Shown: positions 45,539-54,982 of the stretch, in pieces | Layout: each line of letters opens with the position of its first letter | Numbering within the stretch: the first letter of the stretch is position 1 | Virus record (IMG/VR): IMGVR_UViG_3300005527_003200 | DNA length: 64,000 nucleotides | DNA from: a virus | Lineage: Duplodnaviria; Heunggongvirae; Uroviricota; Caudoviricetes | Reading direction: 5' to 3' (one strand) | Notes under the pieces: model-generated | Seen by the model: the letters and a program-made list of their open reading frames with translations, nothing else | Database searches by the model: none | Told to the model about the DNA's origin: nothing | Program-made: the position numbers and the translations under genes

Positions 45539-46253
45539 CCAAATAATCTTGTTGGCTTGTTTGTTGAGCCTGTTGTTTCATTGCTCTGCGTTTTTGAAAC
45601 AACTTTACTGCCATGTCAGCATGGTCTAGGTTTTTAAATTTGCTGGGCATGGATCTATTACCTTGCCGCAGTTCAAATCCATCCTTTTCGTTGCCATAAC
45701 ATTCAAAGGTAACACCATATTCCATGGCGTAACTTTTTACCGGAGCAGATGATGTTTCTGACATGTCATTGATAGGCTGTTGTGGGTTGCCTAGCTGAGT
45801 GTCTACTTTGTCCTCGATGCCATGCACTGTGCTGGGATCTGTCAACTCGTAGTCATCTTCTTCAATTTCTTCTTCGGCTTGACCTTTTTCCACAGCGTCA
45901 ACTGCTTTGTCTTTGAGTTCACGATCAACTCGAACTTTTTGTTCCAACTGATCAAGATATTGTGTAAGGTCCTTCTTGACCTTGCTCAACATATCTTCTT
46001 CAACTTCTTGCATGGCTTCTTCTAGTGCGGATTTTCTGGGCTCTACAGAATCACCCACCATGTATCCATCCATTGGATGTGCTGGATCTTTTTTGGCACG
46101 CAACGCAGGACTGGCTGATTTAGGCTTGAACAGCGCAGGCAACTGTGGCACACCTTTTTGTTGTGTGTTAAGCCCATGCTTGACGCCTACTGGCGTAAGT
46201 TTACCTTCTACCGCCGCAAGGCGTTCCAGTATTGATCTAATGTCCGAACTCAT
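45528..46253 (-). CDS. Acidic coiled-coil hypothetical protein (241 aa)
   Basis: It is operon-consistent. Confidence 0.5.
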   Translation of the reverse strand: MSSDIRSILERLAAVEGKLTPVGVKHGLNTQQKGVPQLPALFKPKSASPALRAKKDPAHPMDGYMVGDSVEPRKSALEEAMQEVEEDMLSKVKKDLTQYLDQLEQKVRVDRELKDKAVDAVEKGQAEEEIEEDDYELTDPSTVHGIEDKVDTQLGNPQQPINDMSETSSAPVKSYAMEYGVTFECYGNEKDGFELRQGNRSMPSKFKNLDHADMAVKLFQKRRAMKQQAQQTSQQDYLDER

Positions 46254-46690
46254 GCTCTTTCTTCTTTCAGGTAACTTCTCAGCATCCAGCCATGCTTTTG
46301 ATGAGCATCGATGCGTTCAGCAATGAAGTTAGCAATACCTTGTTGGTTTTCTTCAGTTGCTACTTGGAAGACTTGATTGAGAAGATCCAACATTTGGCCG
46401 TTGTTGGCCAAGAGTTCTTCTAGCATGAGTCGGGCACGTGGAATTTTTGTTTGGCCCTGTATTTTTGTTAATTCTACAAATCGTTCAAAACTACCAGGAG
46501 CATAGTCGCCCAGGGCACGTATGTATTCTGCTGTGGGATCTGTAGCACCATAAACATCGTCATGGATTGCGTCAAAGAAAGCGTGAAGCTGGCCAAAGTC
46601 TGGGCCTTCAACGTTCCAGTGGAACTGTTTGGCTTTGAGAGCAAAAGCCTCCTCAGTTGCCAGGAGTGTTTTTAAAGCGTCCGCTAACAT
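46250..46690 (-). CDS. Dps/ferritin-like DNA-protection protein
   Basis: It carries the Dps ferroxidase-site pattern KQFHWNVEGPDFGQLHAFFD. The ORF was trimmed to MLADALK. Confidence 0.7.
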   Translation of the reverse strand: MLADALKTLLATEEAFALKAKQFHWNVEGPDFGQLHAFFDAIHDDVYGATDPTAEYIRALGDYAPGSFERFVELTKIQGQTKIPRARLMLEELLANNGQMLDLLNQVFQVATEENQQGIANFIAERIDAHQKHGWMLRSYLKEERA

Positions 46691-46865
46691 TCTTATTCCT
46701 TTTGTATTCCTTGGGCGTGTTAGGCGTAGGATCAGTTGTATATTTACCACTCAACAAGGATCCGCCTGATCTTGACACCATGCCTAAGGCCTGGCTCACA
46801 GGTGCTATACTACCAGCACTGGTGCCGCCCACTGACGCATTTTCCATGATTTCTTGAATTTTCAT
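46653..46865 (-). CDS. Low-complexity Gly/Ser/Thr-rich small ORF (70 aa), uncertain
   Basis: It fills a 170-nt gap but overlaps the Dps start by about 37 nt. Confidence 0.3.
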   Translation of the reverse strand: MKIQEIMENASVGGTSAGSIAPVSQALGMVSRSGGSLLSGKYTTDPTPNTPKEYKRNKNVSGRFKNTPGN

Positions 46866-47164
46866 TATAGTATTTCCAACTCGCCGCCGCTGTCTATCAT
46901 GCCCGGGCCATCAACCACACGCCAATTCAGCTGCTGTATTGACGCTAATGTTCCAGGCAATAATTCATAGCGCAACTTGTACTTACCTGGTTCTGCGGCA
47001 ATTTGAAAAGACTCTTCCAAATGCTGATCACGCCAAACCCAGGTGCGTTCGGTAAACAATTCATTATTGACATAAGCTCGGTAGGTTGGAGGGTCAGTCC
47101 AACCTTGGCAATAAACTTCGCAAATTACCTTGACAAACTTTTTGTTCATAAAGATATTTATCAT
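46865..47164 (-). CDS. Hypothetical protein (99 aa)
   Basis: This is the last minus-strand gene before the plus-strand block. Confidence 0.5.
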   Translation of the reverse strand: MINIFMNKKFVKVICEVYCQGWTDPPTYRAYVNNELFTERTWVWRDQHLEESFQIAAEPGKYKLRYELLPGTLASIQQLNWRVVDGPGMIDSGGELEIL

Positions 47165-47186
47165 TAAGTGGGTCTATAAATATTGC

Positions 47187-48233
47187 ATGCTAAAATTGAA
47201 TGATATACGCAAAGTGCATGTGGAATTGACCACTAGATGCAATGCCAGATGCCCCATGTGCATGAGAAACTATCGAGGGTATGATTACAATAGTGGATAT
47301 CCGCTGTGTGAACTCAGTGTTGGAGATTTCAAGAAAATTCTAACTCCTAACGTTTTAGCACAACTAATTCAGCCCGATCCGCCCATTGGAGATCGTGTGC
47401 CAATCATATATGAATTTAGAGGTGTGGCATTCAATGGAAATCTGGGTGATTTTGCTTCTGCACGTGATGCTGTTGAAATAGTAGAATACCTGGTAGAGCA
47501 TCAGGTACCTGTTATTATCAATACCAATGGTTCTGTGCGCAGTCCAGAATGGTGGGCAAGACTGGCTCTACCCAAAGTTACAGTGGGTTTTGCCATTGAT
47601 GGCCTAGCAGACACGCATCATTTGTATCGCCAAGACACAGACTGGCATAGAATAATTTCACATGCTCAAGCACTGATCAACGCTGGTGGACAAGCTGTAT
47701 GGAGGTTTGTGCCGTTTGATCATAACCGTCATCAGGAACAGGCCTGCAGAGATATGGCTGCCCAAATGGGCTTTGCAAAGTTTGAAAATATCTATGATGG
47801 AAGAGATCGCACGTCGGTATACAATCGAGACGGCACATTCAGTCACAAGATTGGTCCAGACCCTGGCGGTCTTACCAATCAAACAGTGCATCCTTTTTTG
47901 GAAAGTCATATCACTTGGTACGATGCCAAAACAATCACACATCACAAAGATACTCCTGTGCTAGACATGCAGTGTCATCACAAACGCAATCGAGAAATAT
48001 ACATAGCTGCCGACGGCTCTGTTTATCCCTGCTGCTTTTTGGGGTTTTATCCGCATACCATGAATCATCCCGGCAATCAAGAACTGGCTCCATTAGTAAC
48101 AGAAAACAATGCATTGGAATATCCTCTTGAACACTGTCTTGAATGGTTTGAACGTGTGGAACAAACCTGGAATGAGTCTAGCATTGCGGCTGGCAGAACT
48201 TATCAATGTGTAGTAACTTGTAATCGAACATGA
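47187..48233 (+). CDS. Radical SAM / SPASM-like domain protein
   Basis: It has TTRCNARCPMC (C...C..C) and a C-terminal Cys-rich region (YPCCFLGF...C..C). Confidence 0.65.
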   Translation: MLKLNDIRKVHVELTTRCNARCPMCMRNYRGYDYNSGYPLCELSVGDFKKILTPNVLAQLIQPDPPIGDRVPIIYEFRGVAFNGNLGDFASARDAVEIVEYLVEHQVPVIINTNGSVRSPEWWARLALPKVTVGFAIDGLADTHHLYRQDTDWHRIISHAQALINAGGQAVWRFVPFDHNRHQEQACRDMAAQMGFAKFENIYDGRDRTSVYNRDGTFSHKIGPDPGGLTNQTVHPFLESHITWYDAKTITHHKDTPVLDMQCHHKRNREIYIAADGSVYPCCFLGFYPHTMNHPGNQELAPLVTENNALEYPLEHCLEWFERVEQTWNESSIAAGRTYQCVVTCNRT

Positions 48234-48276
48234 ATAAAGATCTACAACAATTCATGAATCAAATTGTCAACTTGTT

Positions 48277-49146
48277 ATGACTGTAGCAAGAGTATTGTTC
48301 CTAGCAAGATATCGTGTGCCACATGCATGTTTTGCCATGCAGTGGGACCATAATTTACTGGGCATAGATTACACCATAATAGCTTCGCCAGTGCCACAGC
48401 ATGAACTATGGCCAGTGTTTGAACGCTATGGTATTGATACTTCACAGCTAAAGTACATGAATGACAGTGTGATATACCAACGCTATCCTGAAGTCAACAA
48501 CTGGGTGTTTGACCATGACTATCGGGGCTGGTGGTTGCGACAACAAGCAATCAAACTGGCCTACCGAGACCTGTTGGAAGAAGATGTCATACTCATGCAT
48601 GACTGTGACACTTTTATGATTGAACCTTATAGATGCTGGGATGGTGAACAACTGAATTATCTTGTGATACCTGACACCAAGCACGGCAGTTATCATGGGG
48701 TATTTGAAAGCATTACTGGATTGCCAGAGGCCAGCCCGCATTGTTTTGTGTCAGAGCTTGTGCCTGTACTGCGCACACACTGGCTTGAATTGCGCAAACT
48801 GCTGGCCCAACGTTGGCCCAACAAACTGTGGCTGGACGCTATTATTGACGCTGTTCCTGGCATGCCCACAATACCTCCCTGGGGCACAGGCGAAATAATC
48901 AAATGGTTTTCAGAATATGAATTGATAGGAAACTGGGCAGCATGTTGTGATCCCATCAACTACACTTTTCAGAAACGTTTTGAATACAATCAATTGGAGC
49001 TGTTGTCTACATTGAATGCCAAAGAGTTCAATGCAGTATGTGATGCTGTGCCGGACCTAAGTCAAAGCATGCAACTTGATTGGGACACATTGGACATACC
49101 TAATTTTGAACATTATCAACACATGGTGAAGCAATGTACACAATAA
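48277..49146 (+). CDS. Hypothetical protein, possible GT-A-like transferase
   Basis: An HDCD acidic motif is present. This is a weak call. Confidence 0.45.
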   Translation: MTVARVLFLARYRVPHACFAMQWDHNLLGIDYTIIASPVPQHELWPVFERYGIDTSQLKYMNDSVIYQRYPEVNNWVFDHDYRGWWLRQQAIKLAYRDLLEEDVILMHDCDTFMIEPYRCWDGEQLNYLVIPDTKHGSYHGVFESITGLPEASPHCFVSELVPVLRTHWLELRKLLAQRWPNKLWLDAIIDAVPGMPTIPPWGTGEIIKWFSEYELIGNWAACCDPINYTFQKRFEYNQLELLSTLNAKEFNAVCDAVPDLSQSMQLDWDTLDIPNFEHYQHMVKQCTQ

Positions 49147-50261
49147 CATACCCAGCAAAGTTCCGATATCCTGTGTATCAACCTGCATCACAAAGTATTG
49201 ATGTCACAGCTGATTGGGGTCTGGGCAGATTTGAAACTACCAACGATCCTGCACTGGCGCTGAGTCAACCGTGGTCTGTAGCAGCATTTCGTGTGCTGTG
49301 CAACGAGCCCGGCGTGTTTGATTATGATCCAGCACTGGCTGACATGGATCTCAGTCAGTTTGATTTGGTACTGCTGAGTGACATTGAATACTACAGTGTT
49401 AAAGAAATACGTGCCTGGATTGAAAAAAACAAAATTCAACGTTATGTGTTGGCAGTAGGCGGTCTTGTGCAAGGAGAAGAATTGGATCAATCCTGCATGG
49501 TGTATCGCCCTTGGTGGGCTTACAATCTCTTGCGACACAACGAATACCAAGACACCTACCAAGATCAAAAACCCTACATGTTTGAAGCACTGTTAGGAGC
49601 ACGTAGACCGCACCGTGACTATGTGATGATGGCCATGGACAAAACTGGGCTGTTGGATCGTAGCATTGTGACCTACAGAGATTGCTTTGAAGGCAAATTG
49701 ATTGACAGAAACTGTGATCAATTTCAGCAGACTTTTTATGACACTCCGCTAAAGTGGCCTTACGTGAGTGCAAACTTAAATCCTGCATGGGAAGTCACGG
49801 ACAACATCACTCGCAGTATCAGTCCATATGTGCCCTGGAACATCTATCAACGCAGTCATTACAGCATTGTGTGTGAAACACTGGGCACTGGCACAACATT
49901 TTTCTGGAGTGAAAAAGTTACCAAGTGTTTGTTAGCCAGAAGAATTTTTGTGTTTTTTGGCGCACAAGGATTTCTTGCTCGCATGCGCGAACTAGGGTTT
50001 GAAACATTTAGCAGTATCCTTGACGAAAGCTACGATGAACATCCTGTGGACAGCATACGATTTGAACGGGCCATGCATCAGGTATTGCAGTTGGCATATT
50101 TTGAAAATCCCAAAGTGTTGTATGAACGCATACAAGCCATACTGGATCACAACCAAGCTAGATTGCGCAGTTACCAGATTCAGTTTCAAGCCACAATGTC
50201 TGATCTACTGCATCAACACATTGAAGGTGGCCATTGGTTATGGGATGACGAAGTGGGTTGA
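49134..50261 (+). CDS. Putative glycosyltransferase, GT10-like, paralogue D
   Basis: It has the C-terminal motif YSIVCETLGTG...SEKVTKCL...IFVFFGAQG...LGFETFSSILDESYDE. Confidence 0.5.
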   Translation: MYTITYPAKFRYPVYQPASQSIDVTADWGLGRFETTNDPALALSQPWSVAAFRVLCNEPGVFDYDPALADMDLSQFDLVLLSDIEYYSVKEIRAWIEKNKIQRYVLAVGGLVQGEELDQSCMVYRPWWAYNLLRHNEYQDTYQDQKPYMFEALLGARRPHRDYVMMAMDKTGLLDRSIVTYRDCFEGKLIDRNCDQFQQTFYDTPLKWPYVSANLNPAWEVTDNITRSISPYVPWNIYQRSHYSIVCETLGTGTTFFWSEKVTKCLLARRIFVFFGAQGFLARMRELGFETFSSILDESYDEHPVDSIRFERAMHQVLQLAYFENPKVLYERIQAILDHNQARLRSYQIQFQATMSDLLHQHIEGGHWLWDDEVG

Positions 50262-51053
50262 AATGTGCTGATAGAAGTTTTCAGCAATTTTTTCCTGTCC
50301 TTCGGGACCAGAATGATATCCAGGGTCGTCTCCTGAAAATGGGTAACTGCCACATATGGCTTGAGGACTTTTAGTTGTGTCCAATTGTATGTAGTGATCA
50401 GGGATAAGTTTAGGAAACGCATCACGCCATAAGGTATGATTGTCAGGATCGAATGGCCACAGCAAGTTGGGTAGCACTAAAAACTTGATGTCATCCAAGA
50501 ACATGGTAATCACACCTTCTCGGATCATCCACTCGTCCTGTTGCTTTTTCCAAGCATTGTCATAGATTGAATCAATCCAGTGACGTATGCCGTTCTGCGC
50601 TTGTTTGGTAATGCGGCCCTGTCTGTACGGATGATCAAAGTTTTCTGCAAGAGTAAAAATAGTTTCGCAGATCATGTTTGATGGCTCCCGACCATAATTT
50701 ACATTGCGTATGCCATCTTGTCTGTTGTAGCCATTGCCCAGTTTTCTATTTTGTAGGTGTCGTTCTAGTGGAGGATTTTCCCCGGCGCTGGGTGCCTGTG
50801 ACCAATCATATGGCACAGAGTTTGCAGGTATTTCCATACGATCCCAGAAGGTAGGACCAATCACAGCAAAGTCTGGACGCTGTCTGCGTATCTCGTCTAT
50901 TTGTATACGGATGCCGCCGTTTGAACAACCTTGGCGTGCTAGGTTAACCAACTCCCAGCCACCTAGTTTTTCGGCCAAGCGTTCACTCCAAGCAGTGCCT
51001 GGCAAAGTTTGACTCACTGCCGAAAACGAGCAGCCTGCTACCATTAATTTCAT
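50238..51053 (-). CDS. SGNH/GDSL-like hydrolase paralogue 5 (GCSFS)
   Basis: It has MVAGCSFS at the N-terminus and DDPGYHSGPEGQ near the C-terminus. Confidence 0.5.
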   Translation of the reverse strand: MKLMVAGCSFSAVSQTLPGTAWSERLAEKLGGWELVNLARQGCSNGGIRIQIDEIRRQRPDFAVIGPTFWDRMEIPANSVPYDWSQAPSAGENPPLERHLQNRKLGNGYNRQDGIRNVNYGREPSNMICETIFTLAENFDHPYRQGRITKQAQNGIRHWIDSIYDNAWKKQQDEWMIREGVITMFLDDIKFLVLPNLLWPFDPDNHTLWRDAFPKLIPDHYIQLDTTKSPQAICGSYPFSGDDPGYHSGPEGQEKIAENFYQHISTHFVIP

Positions 51054-51562
51054 AGTGTTTCCTTGTAACTGTTTCGGTGTTCTTCGCTGTGAAAACTAGC
51101 AATAATTTCTTTGTGCATGGGCAATTCGTCTAAGTTGTATGTGCCAGGTGGAATTGTATGTGTAACTCCTTCACCAGGCCGTGCAAAAGTTACCAGTCTA
51201 GGATGCCACTGCACTGCACGATGTACCAGCACATGATGTATGTGTCCATAGTCTCCTAGTTCGTCATGGGTGAGCACTAGATCATAATCACGAGCAAGGT
51301 GCCAGCAGGCACGGTCGGCAGATTCTTCAGCCCAGCGTGTGAATACTTTTTGCTCGTTGTCATGCCAGTGGTCTTCAAAGCCCAAAAACACACAGTCGAT
51401 TCCCCGACGTTTCCAAAACGCCAAAAGTTCTTGGCCTCGGGGATCATGCTCAGTGTACGTTAAATAGCCAATGGTCCATTTGTGCTCAGGGTGCGCATGA
51501 ATATAACTGTAACCAAATATCACACAGTCATCTGGATGCGCTACCATACACAATGCGTTCAT
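51050..51562 (-). CDS. PIG-L / LmbE-family N-acetylglucosaminyl deacetylase
   Basis: It has the N-terminal AHPDD motif and a His-rich metal site. Confidence 0.65.
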   Translation of the reverse strand: MNALCMVAHPDDCVIFGYSYIHAHPEHKWTIGYLTYTEHDPRGQELLAFWKRRGIDCVFLGFEDHWHDNEQKVFTRWAEESADRACWHLARDYDLVLTHDELGDYGHIHHVLVHRAVQWHPRLVTFARPGEGVTHTIPPGTYNLDELPMHKEIIASFHSEEHRNSYKETL

Positions 51563-52404
51563 TCAAGTTCCCAAGCAGCAAAATGGCCGCGATCAATCAA
51601 CAACATCTTAAATGCAGTTTTTTGTTCTGGTAACATTTTTGACCAAGCATTTCGATGAATACTCACTGTGAGAGCATTTTTATCACGCATGAGTTCAAGT
51701 TTCTTATCAAACTGGTCAACTTCGCTATGACAAACATTTACCACACCGCCAAGTGTGTTTTGTTTGGTATAAAAATGATCCAAATGTCCATACTTGTATT
51801 GACAAAATCCTGAGTACAACATGAATTCTGTCAGCATGCCTTGGCGCTGAAACCATGTGGGAAAACTTTCATGTGTTTTGATTGTGGTATCAGCAATCAT
51901 AAAGCGTACAGTGTCATTGTGGAAGAAAAATGGCACACCGCCAGGGCCAGCTTGTTTGGTCATGTTGATGTCAAACAGCTGATCCACAATGTTCTTACTG
52001 GGTTTAAAAACATCAAATATATCCAATTGTCCCACAGTAAGCTGACCTTGTTCGTTAACCAATTTGGATATTTCCAAGGGTCTAACAAATATAGTCTTGG
52101 CGTCTAATACCATGGTGTAGACATTGTAACTTATAGACGCGGTGAGAAGTTTTAGAATCTGCTGGCTTACCCAGCCGTTTGCTATCCAAGCACTGCTGAA
52201 TGCTGTGCGCGGCACTACCAAGACAGAGCTTGCTAGATCACCCCACCATGCTGGATCAATTTTTTCCGCTAGGGTTTCGTAATCATTGAGCACCACATAG
52301 ATATTTCTTATGCCTATGTTGCGACAATAATTGTTTATGCTTTGTGCCTGAATTTTAAGGATCGGCAGTTCCTGTTCAAATACTACTGTGCAGATATCAA
52401 TCAT
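51559..52404 (-). CDS. Hypothetical protein (281 aa)
   Basis: It shares an ATGA overlap with the deacetylase. Confidence 0.5.
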   Translation of the reverse strand: MIDICTVVFEQELPILKIQAQSINNYCRNIGIRNIYVVLNDYETLAEKIDPAWWGDLASSVLVVPRTAFSSAWIANGWVSQQILKLLTASISYNVYTMVLDAKTIFVRPLEISKLVNEQGQLTVGQLDIFDVFKPSKNIVDQLFDINMTKQAGPGGVPFFFHNDTVRFMIADTTIKTHESFPTWFQRQGMLTEFMLYSGFCQYKYGHLDHFYTKQNTLGGVVNVCHSEVDQFDKKLELMRDKNALTVSIHRNAWSKMLPEQKTAFKMLLIDRGHFAAWELE

Positions 52405-52437
52405 GCAGTTATGTATTTGGGTTTTGGGGTGGCCTAA

Positions 52438-52794
52438 TTATTTTCCTGCTGCAAACAGTGCGGCACCGCGATTGAAACTGTCGCTCCAACTTGCAGGTTG
52501 TCGGCCACCGCGCTTTTGACTCCAGGCATATCCTGCTCTGTGACCAGAACAGTCTTTGGTGCATTGTGAACCTAGAAAACTTAATTCACGCAGTTGCTCG
52601 CGGGTCCACTTGTCTGGAATTGTGCCGTGTTTTTTCACAAACTCGTCGTGCAGTTGTTTGCCAGTAATGCCGTAGTCACGAGCAATGGTTTGCATCATGT
52701 GATCAATTGCGCTGTAGCTCTTGGGATCATCTAGATCTTTTTCCAAATCTTCTACAGCGCCTTCTTTCAACTGTGCAAACTCGTATGCTCTCAT
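52438..52794 (-). CDS. Hypothetical protein (118 aa)
   Basis: It is operon-consistent. Confidence 0.5.
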   Translation of the reverse strand: MRAYEFAQLKEGAVEDLEKDLDDPKSYSAIDHMMQTIARDYGITGKQLHDEFVKKHGTIPDKWTREQLRELSFLGSQCTKDCSGHRAGYAWSQKRGGRQPASWSDSFNRGAALFAAGK

Positions 52795-54626
52795 TTTTTA
52801 GGTTGCACCGCTGTGGGCATGTTGCGATACACACGCTTTTGGGGATCATACACAGTTTTAAGTGGGCCCAAGCCAGCCAGTTTCTTTACTCTAGCAATCA
52901 TGTCTTGATAATCATCACCGTAGTCGGCTTCTTTTTCTTTGGGAGTTGATTTGCTTTCGTCAGCCTTTTTAGGCAAGTCTGCATAGTCCTGCTTGCGATC
53001 AGCACCGTGGAACTCTTGAGCAACGTCTTGGCTGATGCCAACTTTTTTTGCAAATTCAGGATTGTGTGCGGCTGCTGCCATGGTGCGGAATTGTGCTTGG
53101 CTGGTTGACTTTTCATTCAAGTCACCTTCTTGCATGTTCTTTAATAGTTCTTTTGCTTTTTCAACACTAACCATTGGTCTTGGGTGCTTGCCGTCTATTA
53201 CACTTTGTAAATATTCTTTGCTAAAGCCTTTTGGTGCTTCTGCAGCCGGTTTATTATCAGCAGGTGATGTCATTGTTGCACTTGGCTTGAATCCGCCAGT
53301 GAAACCGCCTTGGCCATCAGGAGTAACTCTAGCATTGGCACCACCTGCGCCCAGTGCCATTGCACCTGCCAATGCCGCGCCACCTAATTTTTCTTTCCAG
53401 CCTTCGTCAAGATCACCTTCCGCTACACCTTGTTCTCTTACACTACTGCGGAAATGTCTGGCATCATTTGCATCGTGTTTGCCGCGTTCTAATCCTTTGG
53501 CCCATTCGTCATTTTTACGGGCTTCTCTTGTGGCACTATATGGATTGTCTCTGATGGTCATACCTTGTTTGTATGCTCGACGACCCAGTTCGTATGCTAC
53601 GCCAACACCTGCTAGTTCATACTCTTCCGCCATGCCTTTCTTCTTCAATGCTTCCTTATTTCTCACCCAGCCTTTGCCACCGCATTCTGGGCACTCATCA
53701 TCGTGTGTATCTATTCCAGTGCCATCGCAAGAACCACATTCATGCTTTTCACCAGTGTTACCGTAAGCATCTGACTCCGAGCCTTCCGCCATGCCTTGTC
53801 CTAGATTGGCTATGTAACCATCAGGGCCAGTCCATTGATCTTTATAGTCTTGCCATTCTTTTAGACCCCAAGCTATAGGAAACTGATGCCAAGCCCACAT
53901 TCCGTGGGTATTAAACTCGCTAGAAAATTCCTGTATGTCAGCCTGTGTAATGCCTGAGGTATTGGATTGTTTGGCGACCTCAATCAACCAGTGCGCCATA
54001 GTTTCGCCACCGTCGTCAAGATTACCTACTTTTTCTAATTTATTAAACCTATCTACACCTTGCCTTTCAAAGTTGCGGCAAATTTTTTCAAGCCAATTTA
54101 TAAATTCCTGGCCCCATTTGGCCAATGCTGTTTCTGGGTCGCTGCCTGTTCTTGCAGTGAGAGACTTATTCAAACTATCTACACTTTGCCTAGCAGTAGC
54201 ACCACCTGTGATCTGACCCATCATTGAGTCAAACTTTTGATCGCCAGTTGCTTCCGCCACACCTTGCTTCTTGTTTAACTCTTTGTTTAGAATCTTTTCA
54301 GCATCCTTGGCTACTTTTTTAGCAGTGGTTGCTTTAGCAGTGTATTCTTTTTTGCCGCCTTCATCGTTACTACCATCACGCCCTGGAGGTGTTTGTGATT
54401 TGTCCATTTCCATCACACCTTCAGACTTGTTGCCATAATTGCCAGCGCCTTTTTTGCGACACTGAACCAAGCGTCCAGATGCATAGGCTGATGGCCATAC
54501 TTTTGCTGACGCTTTTACTTTGTAGTAGCAGGCGTCTTTCTTTTCCATCATCAGCATTTCACTGAACATGGGACCACCACAGTGTGGGCATGACTGTGAG
54601 GCTTCAAATAAGTCGTCTATAATCAT
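52791..54626 (-). CDS. Large hypothetical protein (611 aa) with a DnaJ-type CxxCxGxG zinc-finger pair, probable virion/internal protein
   Basis: It carries HECGSCDGTG...ECPECGGKG and an N-terminal CPHCGG motif. A Gly/Ala-rich segment is present. Confidence 0.55.
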   Translation of the reverse strand: MIIDDLFEASQSCPHCGGPMFSEMLMMEKKDACYYKVKASAKVWPSAYASGRLVQCRKKGAGNYGNKSEGVMEMDKSQTPPGRDGSNDEGGKKEYTAKATTAKKVAKDAEKILNKELNKKQGVAEATGDQKFDSMMGQITGGATARQSVDSLNKSLTARTGSDPETALAKWGQEFINWLEKICRNFERQGVDRFNKLEKVGNLDDGGETMAHWLIEVAKQSNTSGITQADIQEFSSEFNTHGMWAWHQFPIAWGLKEWQDYKDQWTGPDGYIANLGQGMAEGSESDAYGNTGEKHECGSCDGTGIDTHDDECPECGGKGWVRNKEALKKKGMAEEYELAGVGVAYELGRRAYKQGMTIRDNPYSATREARKNDEWAKGLERGKHDANDARHFRSSVREQGVAEGDLDEGWKEKLGGAALAGAMALGAGGANARVTPDGQGGFTGGFKPSATMTSPADNKPAAEAPKGFSKEYLQSVIDGKHPRPMVSVEKAKELLKNMQEGDLNEKSTSQAQFRTMAAAAHNPEFAKKVGISQDVAQEFHGADRKQDYADLPKKADESKSTPKEKEADYGDDYQDMIARVKKLAGLGPLKTVYDPQKRVYRNMPTAVQPKK

Positions 54627-54976
54627 TTCTTTTTAGTGGCCACGTTGATGGCCTTTCCTGTGCGGTTGGGGTTGGGATCTTGTCTGCGTTTTCTTGCGGC
54701 TGCTGACGCACGACCTTTTTTGCCCAGGGCATGTGCTTTGGCTTGCGGCAAACACTTGGGCTTGCCTTCTTTTGAACTGCCTCTAGCACAATCACCACGG
54801 ATCTTGCCGTCGGGCCCAAAGCGTACCCACTTGTCTTTGAACCAATCACGGAGATTTTCTTCCAACTCGGTTTCGCTCACAGGCACACAATTGGGCACCT
54901 GACGACCACCTTTGTTTTTCATGCCTGCTTGGCGATAACCAGTCCAGCAGGCTTCAAGAATTTCTTTATATCTCAT
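54623..54976 (-). CDS. Basic hypothetical protein (117 aa)
   Basis: It is Lys/Arg-rich and shares an ATGA overlap with its neighbour. Confidence 0.5.
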   Translation of the reverse strand: MRYKEILEACWTGYRQAGMKNKGGRQVPNCVPVSETELEENLRDWFKDKWVRFGPDGKIRGDCARGSSKEGKPKCLPQAKAHALGKKGRASAAARKRRQDPNPNRTGKAINVATKKK

Positions 54977-54982
54977 GATGGG

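Noticed and set aside
53035-53766. Plus-strand 243-aa ORF
   Set aside because: It is antisense to the 611-aa gene and has a Pro/Ser/Ala-rich composition mirroring the Gly/Ala-rich sense strand.
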